Source: the human T2T-CHM13v2.0 reference genome, Homo sapiens. Taken from it: 64,000 nt of DNA. Shown here in pieces: positions 54,606 through 64,000 of the stretch (positions are counted from its first letter, which is position 1; the number at the start of each line of letters is the position of its first letter). The stretch is from NCBI RefSeq assembly GCF_009914755.1, contig NC_060925.1. One strand, given 5' to 3'. The translations under genes and the position numbers were made by a program. The notes below the pieces were generated by a model. It was not told the DNA's origin and searched no databases. It saw nothing but the letters and a program-made list of their open reading frames with translations.

Positions 54606-54854
54606 TTCTCCCTTTTTTGTAGCCTAAAATTAGTAGAAGAATAAAGAACTCAACCCATAATTATTGGGTTCCAACAATATGCCAGCTCTGCGTTAGGCCG
54701 GGTTTCCTTTTTGCTTCTCTTTTTCATTTACAATTTATTTTACAGAGTAAGCAACTAGGAAATTGGACAAATATACAATAGAAACTTTATATATCTTCTA
54801 GGATATGATTTACTTAAAATATTTATCCAGACTTCCTTTTGCCTTTTTCTATAG

Positions 54855-55024
54855 GTGGCTGAAGGATGGCCAGTTAATTGATGAAAGGGATGGATTCAAG
54901 ATTTTATTAAATGGACGCAAACTGGTTATTGCTCAGGCTCAAGTGTCAAACACAGGCCTTTATCGGTGCATGGCAGCAAATACTGCTGGAGACCACAAGA
55001 AGGAATTTGAAGTGACTGTTCATG
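54855..55024 (+). CDS. HMCN1: HMCN1 exon (~34): MWLKDGQLIDERDGFKILLNGRKLVIAQAQVSNTGLYRCMAANTAGDHKKEFEVTVH(V)
   Basis: ttctatag| and |gtatgc. Confidence 0.97.
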
Positions 55025-56212
55025 GTATGCTGAAGAAGGGACAGGAACTTTGCATCTTAAATTAATTTATGCATTGTTTTATTATCTAACTCAGATTGTA
55101 GCTCAATAATGTGAATAAATCCTGAGTTGTGGAAGGTAGTGTAAAGGATGTGAATTTCAGTTGTATGCCAGAATTTTTAGTTACTTTATTGACCCAGAGA
55201 CTCAACCAAGATGTATCATGTAAATACATGTAGACAGTAGCCAAAATAACTCTGGGAAATAAATAAATAAATAAATGTAGACAGAATTTAAACGTTAGGA
55301 AGTGTGTTCTACATAGAATGCCAAGGTCTGAGGAATTAGACCAAATAAGATAGAAGAGGCACGGAGCAAGTTCCAAGTAAAGGGGTTATGTAAGCGTTTA
55401 AGGGTTTAGCCAAAACAAGAGGGATGGTGAATACAGTAGTTTCCAGAAATGGTGGCTAAAGATGTAATTGAAGGATCTGAGGGACATAAGTACATTCACA
55501 AAACTGGCACATTAGGATTATAACCATTACTCTAACGACAGAAGCAACCCTCTGCCAGGGTATTATGTGTCTCACTTGCTGGCAGAACTTGGGAAGGGAG
55601 GACTGGAACGAGAAACTGGAGAGCCACTTGGAAACCACAAGGAGTATCTATGAATGTCAACTTTATTCTCCCTCTGTCTCTGCAGACTGCTGTTTTCTTG
55701 ATTTTTAGTCCCATGTCCTGTGATGGAATATAGATAACCCTGTTTTTCAGTCTCAGTCACAATTCCTGAGGGAGGAAATCTGGCAGTCCCAGTTTAAATA
55801 AAGTTACCACTCCACATTCAATCAGCCTTGCAGGGGGCAGAGTCATGCAGTATAAATATGGCTAGAAATCCACCTTGACTTAATGAAGTAGTTCTAGAGA
55901 AAGGGAGGGTCATTATAGATTAGTAAAACACACCAAAAGATATAAGCCAAATATACATGTGGATTACGGTAGCCATAAATACAATTTACTTATTCTTTGG
56001 AGATTTAAAAATCCATAGTTAAGAAGTAACTAATCTATAAACTTGCTAAAAAATTATAAATTAAATGCACATGATGAAAGTATTTCATTGTTAAAATAGG
56101 GATTTGCTTTTTTTTTTTCTAAATTTTAAGGTTTCAGGTTCTTGCATACATATTTTTAAGTTCGACCTCACTGATTATGGTTTCATTCCCTCTCCCCCTT
56201 CCTTAAATATAG

Positions 56213-56367
56213 TTCCTCCAACAATCAAGTCCTCAGGCCTTTCTGAGAGAGTTGTGGTAAAATACAAGCCTGTCGCCTTGCAGTGCATAGCCAATGGGAT
56301 TCCAAATCCTTCCATTACATGGTTAAAAGATGACCAGCCTGTGAACACTGCCCAAGGAAACCTTAAA
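56213..56367 (+). CDS. HMCN1: HMCN1 exon (~35): VPPTIKSSGLSERVVVKYKPVALQCIANGIPNPSITWLKDDQPVNTAQGNLK
   Basis: aaatatag| and |gtaagt. Confidence 0.96.
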
Positions 56368-56906
56368 GTAAGTGTAAATATTACTCAGCCTAAACTGGGA
56401 AAGCTACATATATCTTCCTGGAAATATCAAGTTATTCTTTCTTAACTGTAGATTTTCCTGTTGGACAGATTTTGCAGAAAATTTATTAAAAATAATATGC
56501 ATTTTTCTTAGAGTTTTTAAGAATTTAACAATATTTTGATTTGAAGAATGGAATTAAAGACTAACTTTAACAATGATACTGATTTGAAGATAGTGATCAT
56601 TATTTATATTATTTTGATTTATGCCTAATTTAGCTGTTAAAAAACTGGTGTCTCACAGATGAATGATGTTCATCAGTAATAAGCCAAAAATGTTCACCAT
56701 TGAGTAAAATTAAGATACAGTCATATTTACATAAATGTAGGTAACATAAGTCTTGAAAAATATTTTTAAGAATTAGTTTATAAGCTTCAAGAGGGCAAAG
56801 ACTCAATTTAAAAAAAATTGAAAAGTTCACTTTTTTATCGTTCATAGTGAGTATAGTCCCTGGCATATAACTGTATCTCAGTACATATTTGTTAAATTAG
56901 TAGATT

Positions 56907-56909
56907 GAT

Positions 56910-56956
<47 letters not shown>

Positions 56957-56963
56957 GATAGAT
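56907..56963. repeat. (GATA)11 GAT GATA tetranucleotide STR
   Basis: 11 perfect units at 56910-56953. Confidence 0.95.
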
Positions 56964-57199
56964 TTCAAATCTGGATAATCTAAAGGATACATTTGAAATC
57001 AGAATTAATAGATTTTGCTAATAGGATCGAGTTAATTGACTAATGTGGGCTTGAATTTTACTTGTGAGTTCCCTAATGAGAGATATGTTATGTTCCTTTT
57101 TTAGTAGACGTGGTGGATATCTGTTAATTTTTAATTCCTATTCCAAATCCAATGGAAATAATCTCACATCTTTGTGCAAGTGAAAGATTCAGTTTTTAG

Positions 57200-59260
57200 C
57201 CTTCAGTCATAGTGAAGGTAAACAATTATTTACCTGGGAGACAGATATTTATTATATTATCATACAAAAGTAGGATTGCAAACCGTAATGAATGATGCTA
57301 AGAGAAAACCTAGAGGTGTAAGAACATATAATGAGAAAAGCAAAGCCTTCTAGAATGAGGAAAATTTATGGGAAAAGCCCTGATTAGAGTTCAGAAGACT
57401 CCATAGAAGTTAAATGGGTGAATTAATGGAAGAGAACGGAGTAGAGTGGTTCAAGAATATGTGCATGGGCAAATAAAGCAAAGGTGATCATGGCACCTCT
57501 TGAGAACCAGAAAGCCAGCCAGTGGGCTGAGGAAGAGACCAAGGGAGAGGTGGTATTAAAGATTGGAGACTAGGTAGGAGGCACTTAAGTAAGGTTGATG
57601 ATTTTATTTTTACTTTAAGGTAATGAGAGACCTTTGAAGAGTTTTAAGAGAGGAGTAACATGATCAGGTTTGCATTTTAAGTAGTCATCCAGACCCATTC
57701 CAAAGAATAAATTGGAGGAGCCAATAATAGATATGTAGAAACCAATTAGAACCTAGTTACATTTGTCTAGGAGAGAGAAAAGATAGAAATTTAGACTCAT
57801 ATGTTGGCCATGCAGATGAGGATACTTGGATAGATTGGTGAGGTATTTATTAGTTAAATCACTGGGGGTTGAGGAAAGATTCTTTATGAAAAGTGAAGGA
57901 GAGGGATGTGGCAAGGAAGACTCCTAGGATTCCAACGTACACAACTGCATGGCTAGTGTTGCCATACAGTGAGATAAGAGACTGGAGAGGGACAAGTTTG
58001 AGGTGAGAAAACTGATTTGAGTTTTAGATTTTGGGGGGTTAAGGTGACTATGAGATCAACTAGTGGAGATGTCAGTAGATCATTGAGTATATGGTCTTGG
58101 AGCTCAAAGGAGAGTTCTGGCTGGACATATTGGCACATTAACAATATTTGAAACCATGGGCATGGATGAGTTAATCCAAGGAGAGAGTAAAGGGTAAGAC
58201 GAAAAAGAAGAGAGGACTGACCTAGTTCGATCTTTAAAAATTATGGCATTTAAAGACCATGTAATATAATAGTCCAGACATGAATATAAATGTATGAATG
58301 TGTTGCTTAACATGTTTATAACAGTATGAATGGAGAATAGGTTAAGTGGGAGTTTACATGGGAGAGTTTGGAGAGATCATTTGGGGTCAGAATGTGGTGA
58401 GCCTGGAGGGCTGTGCTGAGTTCAGATTTCATTCTGGGAAAGGTGGAGAGCCATGAATGAAATTTGATGGGAAATTGGTTAAAGGATCAAATTTGAATTT
58501 TAAACAAATTATTCTGGCAACAATATGCAAGATAGATTAACAGCTGGGGAGGTTGGAGACACTGGAACATCAGTTAAGAAGCTATTATAATCCCACAGTG
58601 GCTGTGGAAATGGAAAACAGGGGATCTGAGAAACATATAGTGGCATAATTAATAGGATTCAAAGTAGGTTCCAAAACCTAGATGACTGGAAAAATAGTGG
58701 GTGCCATTAAACAAGACTGGGAACATGCAATCAGAAGTAGACTTTAGAAATACAAGGGAAAATATATGAGCTTAATTTTGTGCGAGTGAATTTGATGTTA
58801 AATTTAATGTACTACCTGTCCAGCAGATTGCTGGAAGGACACATGTAGAGCTCAGGAGAGACAGTGAGGCTATCCTGTAAATTTAGGATGCATTAGAGTT
58901 TTTCACTGATGCCATGAGTTTGGATAAAAACTATCAGACAGCTATGTTCCTTGGGTGTGGAACAGGAAGAGGAAGCAGATTCTGAAAAGTAATCTAAGAA
59001 AGTCAGAGAATTAGAACTGAGGGAATGCTTATCTTTAACACCCAGAAAGTAGAGAGTTTCAAGGAGTTGGTAGTCAACCACACCAAATGCTATAGATGGT
59101 AGAGGAGAGTATGAGCTTACTACCTAGGCTGGTGGGTATTGTGACTGGAAGTTACTAGTAACCTCCGAATAGCATGTTTCAAAGAATAACCTCTGAATCA
59201 CCAGTTTCAAAATGGCAGAGGCCAGTTGCAGTAGGTTTAAGAGGGAAATTGTGAAAAATA
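57200..59260 (-). mobile_element. Several L2 LINE fragments
   Basis: gacctttgaagagttttaagagaggagtaacatgatcaggtttgcatttt; ggtcttggagctcaaaggagagttctggctgga; boundaries approximate. Confidence 0.6.
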
Positions 59261-59714
59261 GGAAGAAATTTATCTGCATTCTCATAATTCATATTTTATA
59301 ATTTTATTGTTTTTCTGGTTCCCATGATCATTTAATAAAAAGTCATTGTTTTAAAACTATGAATTTTTATATAAATGTGGCCAGGTTTTTTTTTCAAATA
59401 GCTTAAATTTTCATCACGTACTTCATAGTTCAGTGCTAAAGTCTTTTATTCAGTATGACTATACCAGTAAGCTGGCCTTATGTTATTTTATTTTGTGTTT
59501 TCCAATGAATAAGAAAAGGCTTTTCAATCAAACTAGTCTATTGTCTTGTGCATGATGATGTGAACTCGCTCTAGTCTATCAAGGGTTTATTAAGATATTG
59601 GCATGAAAATATTGTTAGATATTATAAATTTAAATGAATTTTTCTGTCTCAGTGAATATTTTCAAATCCAAGTATAAGATACAAAAATCCTCTGTGCTTT
59701 CTGCTCCCAATTAG

Positions 59715-59838
59715 ATACAGTCTTCTGGTCGAGTTCTACAAATTGCCAAAACCCTGTTGGAAGATGCTGGCAGATACACATGTGTGGCTACCAACGCAGC
59801 TGGAGAAACACAACAGCACATTCAACTGCATGTTCATG
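59715..59838 (+). CDS. HMCN1: HMCN1 exon (~36): IQSSGRVLQIAKTLLEDAGRYTCVATNAAGETQQHIQLHVH
   Basis: ccaattag| and |gtaatg; DAGRYTC motif; translated by hand. Confidence 0.96.
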
Positions 59839-61513
59839 GTAATGTAATTTCTACACCTTAACAAAAGAATATTTGTATCACTTTTTAAAAACATAGTGGG
59901 CTCATTTTTATTGAATTACAGTATAAAAGAAACAGGTGTTTATTTTCTTAGTCTGTATAAAAAAAACCTAGGGTTTTTTTTTTTTTTTTACATTATTGTA
60001 ATTTTCATTGCTCGTGTTAGGATCTTCTGTTTTCAGGTTGTCAAACAGGATATACTGGAGCTCATAATTAAATACACCATGTGTTTTAAGTTAACTGTAT
60101 TCTGTTAACTTATAGCTTTCTACAGATAACTTTTGTTGAAAAGACAGAAGTTGACAGCATTGTTTCTTAATCTTGTCTGCGTTTTTCTTGCCTGCCTATA
60201 AGAAGGATTTCGTGAGTAGAAGCCATCTTTGGCTCAGGATTTTCTCCAATGTGCTGTAATAAAAAGTCTGGGTGGCCACAGAGCACCTCAATAAAATCAT
60301 AGCTTCACAGTAAACTTGAAAGACTACATAACCTTGAATATACCACTTCAGATCTCTAGAGGCTCATCAGAAAAGGCCAATAATTAGAGGGTTGGACTTT
60401 CCTAATTTAGCCAGAATATTTGCAGAAAACTGTTCAAGATTTTCATGTACACGTTATTCATTTTCTCTAATTCACATGATTTCTTCTTCAGCCTTTTATT
60501 AATTTATTCATTCATATATTCACTTCACATTTACCAAGCAATTAAACCTAGAATAATGTCCTAGCACCTAGCTTAATTCCAGGTATATAGTAGGCAGTCA
60601 AAAATATTTAACAAATAAAAGAGTAAATAGTAGGTGAATGAAAAAGTTTTCATTGGATATTAAATTCTTCTAATTTGCTTCTTCGTACATTTTCTTCCAT
60701 TTGAATAAACTGGTTAAAAAGATTCAAATCATCAGTTTCCTAAATGTTTCCAATATATCAATTTATTCTTTTCCCAGTCCCTGAAATATGAACACCTAAC
60801 TTAGGGATGTCTACATACATACCATAACATACGTAAACCATGTGGGTCTTTATTCTTTCACTGGATCGTTAGTTGGGAGATGAATATCTGAATGTAACCA
60901 TTTTGCAATTGGCTGACAATGCTAGTGGGGTTAGGGGACAGGCTGACCCTGCTCTACTGTAAGGTGCCTTGCATTTGCCTCGTTCCCCATAAGGCCTTTA
61001 TCTCTTCCTAGTGCTCTTTACAGCTGTCTCCAGCATCTGCTTAGACTTACACTTCCATCTAAGAGTATGCTGGGGGGGATTCTCTCTTCTTTCTTATTTC
61101 CCTATCCTGAGGCTCGTTCTCTTCTCCTTCTGCAAGCTATTTGCCTTCCCTCTCCCATCAAGTTCAGTTCTTGTCTGGTCTCTGTTACTGGCTAAGAGGA
61201 AACAGTGAAGTGGGATACAATGGCATGATACAATCATCTTAGGCGCTTAGGAGTCAGGCCAACTTTGGTTTAAATTCTATGCTAAACATGATGTATGTTA
61301 CCTTGAGTAAACTACTTAATTTCTATGAGTATCTGACTTCCATAGTGATTTTGGGGTTCAGAGATAATAGGTATAAAACATCTCCCACTTCATAGACACT
61401 AAATAAATGTTAGCAGCTAACTTTGCTAACTTCTACTTCCTGAGGTGTTTTTAAAAAGAAGGATGTTTTGTTCTCTAGACTATTTTTAAAATACTTAAAT
61501 GAATGCTCTATAA

Positions 61514-61998
61514 CAGCAGCCCCCAACCTTTTTGGCACCAGGGACCAGTTTCTTGGAAGACAATTTTCCCACAGACTAGGGAGAGGGATGGTTTCAGGAT
61601 TATTCAAGTCCATGACATTTATTGTGCACTTTATTTCTATTATTATTACATTGTAATATATAATGGTATAATTATACAACTCACCATAATGTAGAATCAG
61701 TGGAAGCCCTGAGCTTGTTTTTCTGCAACTAGACGGTCCCATCTGGGGGTAATGGGAAACAGTGACAGATCATCAGGCATTATATTATCGTAATGAACAT
61801 GCAACCCAGATCCCTTGCATGCACAGTTCACAATAGGGTTCGTACTCCTAGGAGAATCTACTGCTGCTGCTGATCTGATAGGAGGCAGCGCTCAGGTGGT
61901 AATGCTTGCTCTCCTGCCACTCACCTCCTGCTGTGTGGCCCAGTTCCTAACCCGCCATCAACTGGTATCAGTCTGTGGCCCAGGGTTGGGGACCCCTG
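61514..61998 (+). mobile_element. MER1A hAT-Charlie element, nearly full length
   Basis: TIRs cagcagcccccaacc / ggttggggacccctg; 8-bp TSD ctctataa/ctgtataa. Confidence 0.92.
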
Positions 61999-63311
61999 CT
62001 GTATAATAAAGAATAGAGTGTATGTCTCCAGTCCTGGAAGTATCTGCCTAGAACAGATGCTCTAAAATTTCAGTATTCTTAAAAGACATGTAAGTTACAT
62101 ATTAAACATACAGCTTCCTGGGCCTAGTCCCAGATCTCCTGAAACAGCACCTCTAATGTAGGTAGTCTGTGAGCCCGTGTTTGGAAAAACATTGGCCTAG
62201 ATACTAAAGACTGGCCTGAAGACTTGCCAGTGTAGTCAGGACTGACTGAAAACCAGAGTCTGTGAGAGAAATCAAGTATCCCATCAAATAAAGAGCAACA
62301 ACAGAAGAGAAAAAGCATAATTGATACCTAAGAAGGCACAAGTCTCTAAACTTGAATATTATAGCAAAATGTTGGTTGACGGGAGATGCAATTAGGGTGC
62401 ACCTCTACATGGAAAATCATCAAAGAGAAGGGGGCAGACTGGTAAACATATGGGTTAATGTGAAATGAAAGAGAAGCAGAAGGTTAGTCATTTTAAGAGC
62501 TTATTAAAAATTGCTCAATCAGAGGGAGAATATAAAACTATCTTCCTGATACAAATCACAGGATAAAAGTAAGGTGTAGTAGTAGGTTAAAACATTTCAA
62601 CTAATATGATCATGACTTGTGTACATAACAGTTCATCTCCCTGAAGGGAGAATAAATGATGAAGTGCACTTCTAATCTGATACTAATTGTGATCAGCCTG
62701 GAAGAAGCAGTTGGCTGAGTGCATGTGATGGGAATCTAGAAATCTAGACAGAAAACTGGCATTTCACTTTGACATTCATGACAATAACATCACATTGGAC
62801 ACATAAGTCTCCAAACCTGACTCTGTCCTCTTCAATACTTGCATTTATAACTTTACTGATAATTGGAGATGTTAAAAAATGTAGGAATTTCTAAGAGACT
62901 GGTTGATGATAGACTTCAAAAAGACCTCAGTGGTTAAAATGACAAGTTAATGTGGAAAACTATATAAGAATAGGATGTGAAAAGCATGGCTTAAAAGACA
63001 CCATGCATTGAAATACTTGAGTATTTGAATTTGGATTTGGTTTGTTCCAATTACTGTAGGTATGAGAATTTAGTTTCATAAAAAAGTTAATCAAACTTAG
63101 CAGCCAATAGCAGAAGTTACAGTATAAGGAACAAGAGAGGAACTAGCCCAATTAATACTGTTGCTCTTTGAATGCTCCCAAAGTATTGCATACAATTCTT
63201 GTTCTATGTATTAAAAAGGGCATTGCAAAACCCATGGGGAAGCAATCCTCATTTAATTAGGTTCAGTTATTAATTTATCAACCAACCCTGTAGTTACTTT
63301 TGAAGTCAGGA

Positions 63312-63632
<321 letters not shown>

Positions 63633-64000
63633 TAATCTCAATCTTTATTGATGGATAACACATTCAGCAAATGTGCATTTACTACAGTTGTCATCCAGAA
63701 ATGTCTGATCCTAAAATATTCAGTGTTTCAATTGTTTAATGTTTTCCTTTCTTATATAAATATCTTAGATGCTACCATTCTTCTTAGTCATAGCAAAGGC
63801 TGTTTCTCAAAGCTATAGTAAGGGTGCCTGGTCTCCTGGACTAGGAGACCACGTCATGATCAAGAGAAGAGGAACATTCTCATGGGGTTTTCCAGGGTGG
63901 GGAGTTCTGTCATTTATAAAGGGCAGGAGCCCTCAGTAGGTGGTCTTTTTGATCATCAAAGTTTAATAATTCTGGAAGTTTTTATTCCCTAGACCAAACT

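Overview
This is primate (almost certainly human) AT-rich genomic DNA lying entirely inside the hemicentin-1 gene (HMCN1, + strand). I can trace 24 coding exons (436..59838, 3,779 nt in total). They splice in one continuous frame and encode half of one plus 13 complete tandem Ig I-set/C2 domains. From recalled exon sizes these are exons ~13-36, about aa 657-1917; the numbering is recalled, not verified. The introns hold the usual mammalian repeats: nine Alu/FLAM copies including an AluYd-lineage element, MIR, L2 and old L1M fragments, an MSTA solo LTR, MER1A, MER1B, MER33, and a near full-length Cheshire-type hAT fossil with transposase remnants. There are no prokaryote-type systems, and I found no clearly new gene. 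The items most worth a second look are: (i) a ~530-bp self-complementary AT-rich minisatellite packed with forkhead-type motifs; (ii) a 133-bp, 97%-identical dispersed duplication 1,952 bp apart; (iii) a GC-donor exon that also begins with GT, plus other exons whose junctions rebuild a 5' splice site; (iv) a dense TGACA (MEIS/PBX-type) motif cluster in apparently unique intronic DNA; (v) an ~87-bp L1 insertion with a perfect 14-bp TSD; (vi) an Ala codon where I recall the reference protein has Thr1056. Repeat-family names come from recalled consensus sequences, not from a search.
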